Shown here: positions 20,501 to 33,171 of the stretch, piece by piece
Layout of the letters: each line of letters starts with the position of its first letter
Position numbering within the stretch: the first letter of the stretch is position 1
From: Macrostomum lignano
Taxonomy: Eukaryota
Assembly: GCA_002269645.1 (NCBI GenBank)
Contig: NIVC01001611.1
Location: forward strand, 124,001-188,000
Reading direction: 5' to 3'
DNA: 64,000 nt
Made by a program: the position numbers and the translations under genes
Notes under the pieces: model-generated
The model's database searches: none
What the model was told of the DNA's origin: nothing
What the model saw: only the letters and a program-made list of their open reading frames with translations

Positions 20501-23500
20501 TCTATCCAACTCTATCCAACTCTATTCAACTCTATCCAACTCTATCCAACTCTATCCAACTCTATCCAACTCTATCCAACTCTATCCAATTCTATCCAAC
20601 TCTATCCAACTCTATCCAACTCTATCCAACTCTATCCAATTCTATCCAACTCTATCCAACTCTATCCAATTCTATCCAATTCTATCCAACTCTATCCAAC
20701 TCTATCCAACTCTATCCAACTCTATCTAATTCTATCCAACTGTATCCAACTCTATCCAACTCTATCCAACTCTATCCAATTCTATCCAATTCTATCCAAC
20801 TCTATCCAACTCTATCCAACTCTATCCAATTCTATCCAACTCTATCCAACTCTATCCAACTCTATCCAACTCTATCCAACTCTATCCAACTCTATCCAAC
20901 TCTATCCAATTCTATCCAACTCTATCCAACTCTATCCAACTCTATCCAATTCTATCCAACTCTATCCAACTCTATCCAACTCTATCCAACTCTATCTAAT
21001 TCTATTCAACTGTATCCAACTCTATCCAACTCTATCCAACTCTATCCAATTCTATCCAATTCTATCCAACTCTATCCAACTCTATCCAACTCTATCCAAT
21101 TCTATCCAATTCTATCCAACTCTATCCAATTCTATCCAACTCTATCCAACTCTATCCACTTATACCCACCCCATGCCAGCTCACTCGCAGTCAGTGTGCA
21201 CAATAAACAATTTTATCCAACCCCGGCCATAAAAACTGCCCGCAGACGCGCACAGCAGGTGCAGCCTCTGCCCGCCATCTGTCTTATCTGTTTGGCCACT
21301 CGAAAAATTCCAAAACGCAGTTTCCTTCCTGCCTGTCTGCGTCGCCATCTTCTCATTTACTATATAAAATGAGCTGGCATCGGCTTGTTTGAAAGGATCT
21401 CGTGTTGCACTACTAGATATGCTATATAAGTTTGTTGCTGTGCTCACACAATGCTCAGCTAGGGCTACTTCCTGGTTCCACAGATTTTATAGAACAGTTC
21501 ACGGTTGGGTGCACTTGCATATTTGGGAGCTTTGAGGCTGCCTCAGCTTTGAAAATAACCCTTCCTCTAAATTTTGGGATTTGATGTAGATGTGATACAA
21601 GCGGAAGAAGAGGCGCATTCCCAGCTTCATCCCCAGCTTCATCCCAGTTATTGTTTGCGCCCAGCATCCTGCATATTTAAAAGTAATTTGAAACACTGGG
21701 GCTTAGCGTAGATAGCGAAAATGTGGGACTAAAAATTTGTATTTTTTTCCATTAGCTGATTGTAAATTGGTTGCATGCAGGTAAAAATGTAAGTGCTGTC
21801 GTATCAGTAAGCTGGGGTAAGCCCCAATCTAAATTAGATGAGCAGCCAATCTAAACTAGAGGAGCAGCCAATCTAAACTAGAGGAGCAGCCAATCTAAAC
21901 TAGATGAGCAGCCAATCTAAACTAGATGAGCAGCCAATCTAAACTAGATGAGCAGCCAATCTAAACTAGATGAGCAGCCAATCTAAACTAGATTAGCAAC
22001 CAATGCAAACTAGACTAGCAGCCAATCTAAACTAGATGAGCAGCCAATCTAAACTAGATGAGCAGCCAATCTAAACTAGATGAGCAGCCAATCTAAACTA
22101 GATGAGTAGCCAATCTAAACTAGATGAGCAGCCAATCTAAACTAGATGAGCAGCCAATCTAAACTAGATGAGCAGCCAATCTAAACTAGATGAGCAGCCA
22201 ATCTAAACTAGACTAGCAACCAATGTAAACTAGACTAGCAGCCAATCTAAACTAGATGAGCAGCCAATCTTAACTAGATGAGCAGCCAATCTAAACTAGA
22301 TGAGCAGCCAATCTAAACTAGATGAGCAGCCAATCAAAACTAGATGAGCAGCCAATCAAAACTAGATTAGCAGCCAATCTAAACTAGATGAGCAGCCAAT
22401 CTAAACTAGACTAGCAACCAATGTAAACTAGACTAGCAGCCAATCTAAACTAATCTTAACTAGATGAGCAGCCAATCTAAACTAGATGAGCAGCCAATCT
22501 AAACTAGATTAGCAACCAATGCAAACTAGATGAGCAGCCAATCTAAACTAGATGAGCAGCCAATCTAAACTAGACTAGCAGCCAATCTAAACTAGATGAG
22601 CAGCCAATCTAAACTAGATGAGCAGCCAATCTAAACTAGATGAGCAGCCAATCTAAACTAGATGAGCAGCCAATCTAAACTAGACTAGCAACCAATGTAA
22701 ACTAGACTAGCAGCCAATCTAAACTAGATGAGTAGCCAATCTAAACTAGATGAGCAGCCAATCTAAACTAGATGAGTAGCCAATCTAAACTAGATGAGCA
22801 GCCAATCTAAACTAGATGAGCAGCCAATCTAAACTAGATGAGCAGCCAATCTAAACTAGATGAGCAGCCAATCTAAACTAGACTAGCAACCAATGTAAAC
22901 TAGACTAGCAGCCAATCTAAACTAGATGAGCAGCCAATCTTAACTAGATGAGCAGCCAATCTAAACTAGATGAGCAGCCAATCAAAACTAGATGAGCAGC
23001 CAATCAAAACTAGATGAGCAGCCAATCAAAACTAGATTAGCAGCCAATCTAAACTAGATGAGCAGCCAATCTAAACTAGACTAGCAACCAATGTAAACTA
23101 GACTAGCAGCCAATCTAAACTAATCTTAACTAGATGAGCAGCCAATCTAAACTAGATGAGCAGCCAATCTAAACTAGATTAGCAACCAATGCAAACTAGA
23201 TGAGCAGCCAATCAAAACTAGATGAGCAGCCAATCTAAACTAGACTAGCAATCAATCTAAACTAGATTAGCAACAACTCTTATTCCTTAAAAACCAGTCG
23301 AAAGCCCAGTCCTCACCATCAGCGGAGTCCAGCACAGGCCGAAGGACGCCGTGATGGCAATGAGCAGCACCACCAGCTGCACCTCCATGTATCGCATGTG
23401 CTTCGGCTGTCGACTGGCTCCCGGTGCCGCCGCCGCCACTGCCGACCCCGTCCCGGCTGCCTTGACGCCTCCGACGGCGGCTGCTGTCGATCGTTCGACA

Positions 23501-24270
23501 TTCGCCGACGCGTCAGTGGCAGCCTGACTGAGCGACTTCCTGGTTCGGCGCACCGTCAGAAGGCACCGGATAACCCACAGGTTGCAGGCGACAATCATGG
23601 CGACAGCCAGGAGGTCCCACAGTGCCAGCACAGCGGCGAACACCCGGTGTCGAAGGCTGGCGGCCTCCCCGCGCGAGTCCAAGAAGCACCAGGTGCCGGG
23701 GTACTGCAGCCGGTAGACTCCGATCAGGCCCGTCAGCGGCAGCGAGGCCACGACGAGAACCGCCGCCAGACCGCCCAGCATCCCCAGAGCTGTCCGTCTC
23801 TGCTTGTGCTGCATCACCGAGTAGCTCTGCCACCTGGTCAGGCACAGCAGGCGCTCAGCCGACATGCACAGCACCAGCAGCGGCTCCCCCAGCCAGACTG
23901 CCGTCATTACCACAGCGTGCGCCTGGCAGGCCGTCCGACCGCCAATCCAAGCCAGACGAAGTCGTTTCGACGTCTCGTTGAAGACGCCCATGCCGTACAC
24001 CAGCAGAGGCGCGCTGCTGGCCAACAGCTGGGCCAGCAAGTCGTTGAGTATGAGTCCGGTGAGCAGGGTGTAGAACAGGGTTCGACTCTTGCTTGGCCTG
24101 CGCTTCTGCAAGACGGCAAGGGCGGCCAGATTGCCCGTGACGCCAATCAGGAAGAGGGTCAGCGTGGGCGTCATGTTCACCCCGGTCTCGCTGGGAATCT
24201 CACAGGACGAAGCGGCTGGGTCGCTGGCGTTCATGCGGCCGCAGCAGCTCGATGAGGACGTCGTGTTCAT
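17549..24270 (-). CDS. Prostanoid receptor-like GPCR (EP4 type), 2 exons, ~539 aa
   Basis: Exons 24270-23317 and 18214-17549, GT-AG, phase 0. Motifs GNLAAL, LNDLLAQL, MSAERLLC, QYPGTWCF, EVQLVVLL, CWTPLM|LRVLIN, LASINQILDPWLYILLR. The intron at the end of TM6 is the position conserved in prostanoid receptors. Confidence 0.9.
18232..18580. repeat. 27-bp minisatellite next to the GPCR intron acceptor
   Basis: Unit GTGAGCACCCTGACTCATTTCTGGTGT, ~13 copies. Confidence 0.95.
18578..18744 (-). mobile_element. tRNA-derived SINE, truncated copy
   Basis: Reverse complement aligns with ~57920-58087 (CCAGCG.CCCAGGCTCGATTC, TTTGGGGCT.AATTGGAATCTCGGCTTGG, CAGTGAAGTGTACATG). Confidence 0.8.
19655..21165. 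repeat. 10-bp satellite TCTATCCAA(C/T)
   Basis: About 150 copies in the GPCR intron. Confidence 0.95.
21827..23276. repeat. 22-bp minisatellite CTAAACTAGATGAGCAGCCAAT
   Basis: About 65 copies ending ~40 bp from the GPCR donor. Confidence 0.95.
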
Positions 24271-24429
24271 CCTGTGTGAACTGCACTGCCAGAACGATGG
24301 AGAATGCTCCTGGGAAACAAATGGTTGATATATATTATGCGTTTTAATATGATTGTTGAGTGGTTTATGTATAATGGGGAGCGCGTGAACGAGTATTCAC
24401 CCGTGGAGCTTGTAGTAGGAGGGGTGGGG

Positions 24430-24607
24430 TCTGATGTGCCAGCGGCCCAGGCTCGATTCCAAGAGCAGTCACATTAGTTTTTTTTGGGGGGGGGCTAAAT
24501 TTGAATCTCGGCTTAGGTCTGCCTTGCCCAAGGCACAGTGAAGTGTACATGCATTGTGCGACAATATCGCTTAAAGTGCACCAGGGTGCACGCAGCCCCT
24601 GACTCTA
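24430..24607 (+). mobile_element. tRNA-derived SINE, internally deleted copy, between the GPCR and Rab start codons
   Basis: Shares the B-box region, GAATCTCGGCTT, CAGTGAAGTGTACATGC and the 3' block TCGCTTAAAGTGC.CCAGGGTGCAC.CAGCCCC with 57926-58275, but lacks ~140 bp of the middle. Confidence 0.78.
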
Positions 24608-24915
24608 ATGCCTCTAGCAAGTCCCGCTTTGCACCCTTCGTACATATCTGCGGTCTGCGTGTTCAATGCCAAATTTTCATTCTGTTGCTCTGGCCTAGAA
24701 TAGCAAGCGCATTTGTCTAATAGTCTATGGCCAAAACTATCGCCTCGAGTTTTCGTTCAATTCAGACAACACTATTGAATATATGTGCAACTCTCTGGTT
24801 TCTGTTAGAGAATTGCTTGATTTTGTTAATTAATTGAGTCCACTAATTCCATGTGATTATAGGGAAGAGAGTTGCGCACTTCGTAGAATCCAATACTCTG
24901 TTTAGCTTATCAAAC

Positions 24916-25782
24916 ATGGACAGTCCGGAACGCCTCGACCTCAGCCTGCACTCCTTCGCGGATCTGGACCATCGCGTCTGGCACTTCAACATCGCTTTCA
25001 TCGGGAGCAGTCGAGCTGGCAAAACCAAACTGCTGCAGAGATTCGTTGACAGCCAGTACAGCGACATCTACAGCCGCACCAGCGAAATCTCCTTTGTGTC
25101 CAAGTCTGTCAGCCTGGGCCAGAACCATGTCGTATTCCAGTGCTGGGACACGCCGGGCTCCGCCCCCAGTGCTAGCTGCCTGGACAGCCGCCTCGCCCAG
25201 CTCCACGCCGTGTTCATCGTATTCGACGGGTCACGTGACGCCATCGCCGACCTGGAGCACTGGCACCATCTGGCTTTGAAATCGCCGTCTAGCAGTTCAG
25301 CTTCGACACCGCCTCTGCTGGTCCTTGTGGCGAATAAAACCGATTTAGGCTGCCATCAGGCCACCATGACTCGAGCTCGGGACCTCTGCCGAGCGGCCAA
25401 CGGTGTCATGTTCAGCTTGAGCGTCTTAGCCGACGAGGAGAACCTCGAAGTTGACGCGATGATGCTAGAAGTTGGCAAGGTGCTCACCGAACGCTGCGTC
25501 AAGTCGGCACCTCCGGCGCCTGCGGCGGCTCCAAGTCCGCAGCCGGTGCAGCAGACGAGCGCGCTGACCTCGTCCGGCACTCCGCAGTCGAATTCGCCGC
25601 ATTCTAAGAAATCATCGGCCTCGTCGACGCAGCAACAGCAGAACTTCGTTGACAAAGCTCAGGGCGACGGCGTGGACAAGCCCGCAGAAGCCGGCGATGC
25701 CAGCAGCAAGACCGTCAAGGACCACGGCGAAGAGAAAATCGACTGGTGGTCGCGTCTGTGCTGCTGCCGACTGTGCTGGTGA
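24916..25782 (+). CDS. Atypical Rab/Ras-family small GTPase, intronless, ~288 aa
   Basis: G1 GSSRAGKT, G3 WDTPG, G4 ANKTD; long Pro/Ser/Gln tail ending WWSRLCCCRLCW. First ATG is at 24916 (the ORF-track start at 24853 is GTG). Confidence 0.82.
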   Translation: MDSPERLDLSLHSFADLDHRVWHFNIAFIGSSRAGKTKLLQRFVDSQYSDIYSRTSEISFVSKSVSLGQNHVVFQCWDTPGSAPSASCLDSRLAQLHAVFIVFDGSRDAIADLEHWHHLALKSPSSSSASTPPLLVLVANKTDLGCHQATMTRARDLCRAANGVMFSLSVLADEENLEVDAMMLEVGKVLTERCVKSAPPAPAAAPSPQPVQQTSALTSSGTPQSNSPHSKKSSASSTQQQQNFVDKAQGDGVDKPAEAGDASSKTVKDHGEEKIDWWSRLCCCRLCW

Positions 25783-25926
25783 CGTCATCTTAGCATTGGG
25801 ATCGCGTAATTGTCCTGCGCGCTTTCTCAATTCATTTTTACAATGGATGACGTCAGCAATGACTAGATTGCGTAATCCTAACTGCTTGATTACGTAATCC
25901 TCCCATAACTCCGATCAGTGACGTCA
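25780..25926. promoter_or_regulatory. Cluster of bZIP-site palindromes (3x CRE TGACGTCA, TTACGTAA, ATTGCGTAAT)
   Basis: TGACGTCA at 25780-25787, 25848-25855 and 25919-25926; GATTGCGTAATC at 25866-25877; GATTACGTAATC at 25888-25899. Function is inferred only. Confidence 0.5.
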
Positions 25927-26844
25927 CTACCGCAGTTTATCTATACATATATGCACATACAAGTGACATCATTCGCTGCGTGCGTGCCGTGTGACAAACC
26001 AATATTTATAACTTGCCAAGACGAAGTACTTTTGTAAAAGTGCAAATGTGTTTTGTTAATGATAAAAACAATTCCTTACCTAAGAAAATTACTTTTTTAC
26101 CCCCCCCCCTTTTCCGAAGCCCCTTAAGCTATGAAAACTAGAACAATAAATAATGCTAACTAATAAATAATCTCTTACCACCAATTATCAAATAATAGAA
26201 AAGAATTCTTCCGCTAAAACCCCATTTCTGAATAAACTTATTAAGTTTTAAATAGTCGCGTCTTATATATTTTTGTCTCTACCCTGGAAATGTTGTTTGG
26301 CATTATTATTACATTATTTATTGTTTGAAAGAGGTCGCCTGAAAAATGCTTATATATTTTGACTGGCTTGGATTTTTTGAAACATCAAAATAAAAATAGG
26401 ATTCAAAGGCTAAAACCCAGCCATATTGATGAGATGTTGATGAGAAGTCTTGTTTACTAACCGAGGAACTATGGAACAAATATAAATTGAATTTAGTTTA
26501 ATCCGACTGGAAAAAATGATATACAAAATATAGTCTACGAGGCGTATTTGTTTAATTTATTTTTCCAAAATATAAAGCAGCATGATCTAGCTAGCATATT
26601 ACGAAATTTCCCATTTTTATGTTTTTGGGTTTTTTGTGATTGACAGATCAATTTATTTTTCAGGCTCTGCTTTTAGCTAAGCAAGGCCAAATCTACCATT
26701 GACCGGAGATTAATAGTCGGATCTAGTTAAATGAAACTAGACTAATAAAAGTAACTCCAGACTACACCTGGAAATTTAAAACTTTCAGTGCAGGTATTTA
26801 ACTTGAGTGCCTCGAACACTCAAGATTTAATTTTTCTCTACAAT

Positions 26845-28005
26845 CTCATCTCTCTGTGATCTCTCTGTGATCTGTCTATGATCTCAGTGTGATCTCTCTG
26901 TGATCTCAGTGTAATCTCTCTGTGATCTCTCTGTGATCTGTCTATGATCTCAGTGTGATCTCTCTGTGATCTCAGTGTAATCTCTCTGTGATCTCTCTGT
27001 GATCTGTCTATGATCTCAGTGTGATCTCTCTGTGATCTCAGTGTAATCTCTCTGTGATCTCTCTGTGATCTGTCTATGATCTCAGTGTGATCTCTCTGTG
27101 ATCTCAGTGTAATCTCTCTGTGATCTCTCTGTGATCTGTCTATGATCTCAGTGTGATCTCTCTGTGATCTCAGTGTAATCTCTCTGTGATCTCTCTGTGA
27201 TCTCTCTGTGATCTCAGTGTAATCTCTCTGTGATCTCTCTGTGATCTCTCTGTGATCTCTCAGTGATCTCTCAGTGATCTCTCTGTGATCTGTCTGCGAT
27301 CTCTCTGTGATCTGTCTATGATCTCAGTGTGATCTCTCTGTGATCTCAGTGTAATCTCTCTGTGATCTCTCTGTGATCTCTCTGTGATCTCAGTGTAATC
27401 TCTCTGTGATCTCTCTGTGATCTCTCTGTGATCTCTCAGTGATCTCTCAGTGATCTCTCTGTGATCTGTCTGCGATCTCTCTGTGATCTGTCTGTGATCT
27501 CAGTGTGATCTCTCTGTGATCTCTCTGTGATCTCTCTGTGATCTCTCAGTGATCTCTCTGTGATCTGTCTATGATCTCAGTGTGATCTCTCTGTGATCTC
27601 AGTGTAATCTCTCTGTGATCTCTCTGTGATCTCAGTGTGATCTCAGTGTGATCTCTCTGTGATCTCTCTGTGATCTCTCAGTGATCTCTCTGTGATCTCT
27701 CTGTGATCTCTCAGTGATCTCTCTGTGATCTCTCTGTGATCTCAGTGTGATCTCTCTGTGATCTCTCTGTGATCTCAGTGTGATCTCTCTGTGATCTCTC
27801 TGTGATCTCTCTGTGATCTCTGTGTGATCTCTCTGTGATCTCAGTGTGATCTCTCTGTGATCTCTCTGTGATCTCTCTGTGATCTCTCTGAGATCTGTCT
27901 GCGATCTCTCTGTGATCTGTCTGTGATCTCAGTGTGATCTCTCTGTGATCTCAGTGTGATCTCTCTGTGATCTCTGTGATCTCTCTGTGATCTATCTGCG
28001 ATCTC
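26845..28005. repeat. 11-bp satellite (GATCTCTCTGT) with a 66-bp higher-order unit
   Basis: Variants GATCTGTCTAT, GATCTCAGTGT and AATCTCTCTGT recur with period 66 in the first third. Confidence 0.93.
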
Positions 28006-28508
28006 TCCCTAATCCCTTCCCCTTATCGTTCTGTCGTATTCTATTCTTACGATGTTCCTCCCATAAGCCTCTGCCACCTTATCTCTGCTTCCCAGCTACC
28101 CTTACCGACCAGTGTCCTATACTAACTTGTTATTCTTTCATTTTTGCATCCTAGCTTGGAGCCTGGAAAACGTCGGCATATTTCTGCCTCAGCCAAAGAT
28201 AAGCTCTGCCGCAGAAAATGTTAGAAAAGCAACTGTGATCAACTTCGACAAAAGCAGACAGCACGTGTTTCCTAAAAACTCTGCTTGCCTAACAAAATAA
28301 CACATCAATCCGTGTGTTTTTCTGGGCGGTAAAAAATGCAGAACACCCACCCAGCCTGGGTGATGCATCATCTACTGCCTTTTGTGCAGTTGCTACCGAC
28401 TCAACTTGTGTGAATTCTTGCTTTTGACGAATGACTGTACTTTGTGGCCTTGGATAGATTGTTTGTCAGAAATGGCTGGCTGTTCTGCGGCTAGAGATAG
28501 AGATAGAG

Positions 28509-28759
<251 letters not shown>

Positions 28760-29589
28760 GACATGTGTAACCTTCGTTAAAGAATTTGTGCTGTTAGCTG
28801 GTGCATGACAAATCCAGGAAGTCAGTCAGAGTTTCTTGGCATAAAGATACTTTTTTTGCGCCTTGTCATTTTCTGCCTTCTCTCCTTCCTGTTTCTTTTA
28901 TTCGCGGCAAAGAAGCTGCTAGCAACGGTGAGGCGGCTCGGCGCGCAGCGAGAGCGTGATAAACTGTGACAAGGCAGCTCTGCCTCTAATTACACGCCAA
29001 AGTTTCCTGGGAAAGTGCACACACAGCAGAGGGGTGTCGCTATGCAGTCATTTACTGAGCCTCACTGACCAGAAACAGATGGCGCGATTGGAAACTGCGC
29101 CTCTCCTATAAATCTTGTCCCCAACAACAGATGCTTGCAAAGTTGAGAAAAGTACAGTTCACTACTCGCGCTATACCTGCATGGCAACAAAGAATTAAAT
29201 GCAAATAGCTTGTGACACAATTCACATCATGTTAGAATAGGCTGGCCACTAGCTATAGCAACTCCAGGTTTCAAATATAATAAACTGTACGCTTTCCCTC
29301 TTTGCATGGCTTGCCTGGCTTCCGTCTGTCTCCTGTCTGCCCCCCCCCCCCAGTTTTCTGCTGGCTCTGAGTGAGTCTCTCCCTCCCTTCTCCGCCTCTC
29401 CATCCTCCCAAGCACTCCAGACCGGTGTGTAAAGCAGTCGGCAGTCTGGCACGCGCGCGCACCAAGCAGGCGCTGAAGTGCTGCCGACAATCTACTTTTG
29501 GTACAGCATGATGGCGTGGAATTATGAGGATCGAATTAGGGGAGATTAGCGATGAGAGACGCAAGGCGAAGGGCAGAGAAAGAGAGATA

Positions 29590-29825
29590 AATAGATATAG
29601 TGATTGGGGAGAGAGTTAGAGATAGAGATGGATAGAGATGATTAGAGATGGTTAGAGGTGGATAGAGTTGGTTAGAGGTGGATAGAGATGATTAGAGGTG
29701 GATAGAGATGGATATAGATAAATAGAGATGGTTAGAGGTGGATAGAGATGGATAGAAGTGGATAGAGATGGATATAGATAAACAGAGATGGATAGAGATG
29801 AATAGAGGCTAATTGAAATGGATAA
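29590..29825. repeat. Degenerate 10-bp GATGGATAGA repeat
   Basis: Related to the reverse complement of the TCTATCCAAC satellite at 19655-21165. Confidence 0.8.
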
Positions 29826-30532
29826 CAGGTCTCAGAAACACATGGATTACATGCATTTGATATAAATAAATCATTAGGACATGTGTGAATTTTATGACAA
29901 TGTGCGCATGGGAGAGTCAGTCATGTTTACCAATGAGCTGCTCTCCCCCTCCCAAGGATAACTGATGAACAGAAAAATTAGTAATGAGAATCAAAGAGTA
30001 TCATAGCGATGACTCATATTGCAGAGTGGAGTGACAGGAAACAGCAGGGGTTATAGAAGCTGGAGCAGTTAAATCACAGACAGATGCAGATGATGATGCG
30101 GCAGTGAAGCTGGGAGAGCCAGCCGCACAAAAGCCGCAGTCATTCATAATGGCTATGTAGCTATAAATGTAGCTTCGATTATAAATCATCAAAAGAGTCG
30201 CCTGTCTTTCTGAGTTATTCCTGAGTGCAGTTCATGACCGGAAGTTGCATAAACTGCCATCAGCCATAGCTGCAACAGTCTGCTTTTGCAATTAGTCTGG
30301 CGAGCTTCAGCACACTAGGGGGGGGGTGTTTATATTTGGCGTCTGCGTGAAATGGGCATGCAGCGGGTTGCCTCTTCTGTTCCTTTCACCTCAGCTTTTA
30401 CGATTTGAACTAAGTGACACCAGCCCCGACTTATTCTTTAAGTTTTTTATTACCTTGATCTTTGCGCTCTCTATTATCACCCTGTTCCCAAATCTAATTT
30501 TATTGCTACCTTTGACTCTCTTGCATCTGCAT

Positions 30533-31307
30533 TCCTGCATCTCCGGTCACTGAATCTCGGATCCCTGCATCTCCGATCCCTGCATCTCCGATCCCTGCAT
30601 CTCCGATCCCTGCATCTCCGATCCCTGCATCTCCGATCCCTGCATCTCCGATCCCTGCATCTCCGATCCCTGCATCTCCGATCCCTGCATCTCCGATCCC
30701 TGCATCTCCGATCCCTGCATCTCCGATCCCTGCATCTCCGATCCCTGCATCTCCGATCCCTGCATCTCCGATCCCTGCATCTCCGATCCCTGCATCTCCG
30801 ATCCCTGCATCTCCGATCCCTGCATCTCCGATCCCTGCATCTCCGATCCCTGCATCTCCGATCCCTGCATCTCCGATCCCTGCATCTCCGATCCCTGCAT
30901 CTCCGATCCCTGCATCTCCGATCCCTGCATCTCCGATCCCTGCATCTCCGATCCCTGCATCTCCGATCCCTGCATCTCCGATCCCTGCATCTCCGATCCC
31001 TGCATCTCCGATCCCTGCATCTCCGATCTCTGCATCTCCGATCCCTGCATCTCCGATCCCTGCATCTCCGATCCCTGCATCTCCGATCCCTGCATCTCCG
31101 ATCCCTGCATCTCCGATCCCTGCATCTCCGATCCCTGCATCTCCGATCCCTGCATCTCCGATCCCTGCATCTCCGATCCCTGCATCTCCGATCCCTGCAT
31201 CTCCGATCCCTGCATCTCCGATCCCTGCATCTCCGATCCCTGCATCTCCGACCCCTGCATCTCCGATCCCTGCATCTCCGATCCCTGCATCTCCGATCCC
31301 TGCATCT
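30533..31307. repeat. 15-bp near-perfect minisatellite CTCCGATCCCTGCAT
   Basis: About 50 copies with very few variants. Confidence 0.97.
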
Positions 31308-32124
31308 TTCTCTCTCTCTCTTTCTCTCTCTCTCTTTTTTGAATCTTCCTGCATCTTCCTGAATATTCCTGCGATCCCCGTCTATTTCCATAATCTCAGT
31401 TTCTTTGGTCACATTTTGCTGCAGATCGCCAATGCCCCCCCCCTGCACACAGACAGCATGGGTGATGCAGCCGAGTTCCATTAGCAACAAGTTCCTTAAA
31501 CAAATCCTTCAAATCTGCGAATGCATGTGGCTAACGCAAGAAAACAAACAAGCGCCCGAGCCCGAAAAAGAAGATTTTCGGCGCCAATGATTCGAATAAT
31601 TTTTCTTTTGCCAAGAAAGTTATTAACGAAAGAATTGAAGTAGAAGGCTTTTTTGGTATATAGAAAATGCCAGCACATGTTTATCCTATTTTATGTTTTG
31701 TTATACACAGAAATAATAATTTGCTTACAGCTTCGTGGGAGTCTTTGATGTCCTGCCGAAAGAGGGGAGCAGATCCGACAAGGGTGACCTTGGGGAAGTT
31801 GGAAAATTTGGATTAGGGTAGGAAACAAACACCTCACAAAGAAAATTTACCGAACCAAGCAAGACAGATCAGATCAGACACGCGAGGCGACCCTGTGTTC
31901 CCATTGGCATTGCCGCTTTTATGTATCTAAAACTCTGCGCTCCTCTGCGTGGCTCCTGCCCTGGGGATTGGGTGGCCTGCTGTCTTCTGCTGTATTGCAC
32001 CGACTGAGCTGGGGGACAAGCAGCCAATCAGCGGTCACAATACGACACACAGCGAGGCTGCAGCTGGGTTCACTGCTCATTATGGTTGGCTATAGCCTGT
32101 CTGCTCTGCCTTGTGCTGTGTGAG

Positions 32125-32212
32125 TCTGTCTGTCTCTGTTTGTCTGTCTGTCTGTCTGTCCGTCTGTCTCTGTTTGTCTGTCTGTCTGTGTCTGTTTGTC
32201 TGTCTGTCTGTC

Positions 32213-32277
<65 letters not shown>

Positions 32278-32306
32278 CTGTTTGTCTGTCTGTCTGTCTG
32301 TCTTAG

Positions 32307-32362
<56 letters not shown>

Positions 32363-32366
32363 ATGG

Positions 32367-32459
<93 letters not shown>

Positions 32460-32502
32460 TAGTGTCTGTCTTAGTGTCTGTCTGTCTTAGTGTCTGTCTT
32501 AG

Positions 32503-32570
<68 letters not shown>
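32125..32570. repeat. (TCTG)n microsatellite, interrupted
   Basis: Direct reading. Confidence 0.95.
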
Positions 32571-33171
32571 AGTCTGTATATCGATCCAAAAATATCTATT
32601 CCCACATGCGTACATTCATCCGCTTGCATGCCGATTTCCATTAAATTTATGCCCAGATATTTAATTCCCTCTGTACCCCTACATATCATTAATCTCCTCA
32701 TAAGTTAGCAGCTTGCATGCGCGATGGCGTGATGACTCAGGCCACCGACTCTAGCGGCCGAAATGCTTCAAGTACAGAACTATATGCGGCCATTTTGAGC
32801 TAGCAAAGCCAATGCATTTTAGGACAAAGCATCCTCACAATCCTAGCTATGCAAGCAGCACGAATGCACGCATGCTGCATAAATCAAAAACTTCAAAAGG
32901 ACTCTTAGACATGCGCCTTAGTAAGCAATGCCCTGCGGTTGTAAAATTTATGACTGAGCAAAGACTGCGGAGAGTGCGGATCAGGCAGCGCATTTAAATG
33001 AAATTCAACAACTCCTGCAAACTCTGATAACTGCGAGCTGCTGGGTTACTGATAAGCATTTTGCAGGAAGCTGTGCCAACCTGAGTGAAATTCAATGGAG
33101 TAAAAAAACTTTTGTATGAAGCTTGGGCAGGTTAAATCCGCGAGCAACTCAAATAATAGTGACTTTCTATT

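Noticed and set aside
24853-24915. N-terminal extension of the Rab-like ORF
   Set aside because: Starts at GTG in AT-rich sequence upstream of an acceptor-like AG; ATG 24916 preferred.
30477-31490. RDRRC / GIGDA / MQGSE repeat ORFs
   Set aside because: A stop-free 15-bp unit is open in all minus frames, with no supporting flanking exons.
28800-32100. Short ORFs and possible exons (e.g. ~30036-30160, 31405-31590)
   Set aside because: No recognisable homology and no consistent exon chain.
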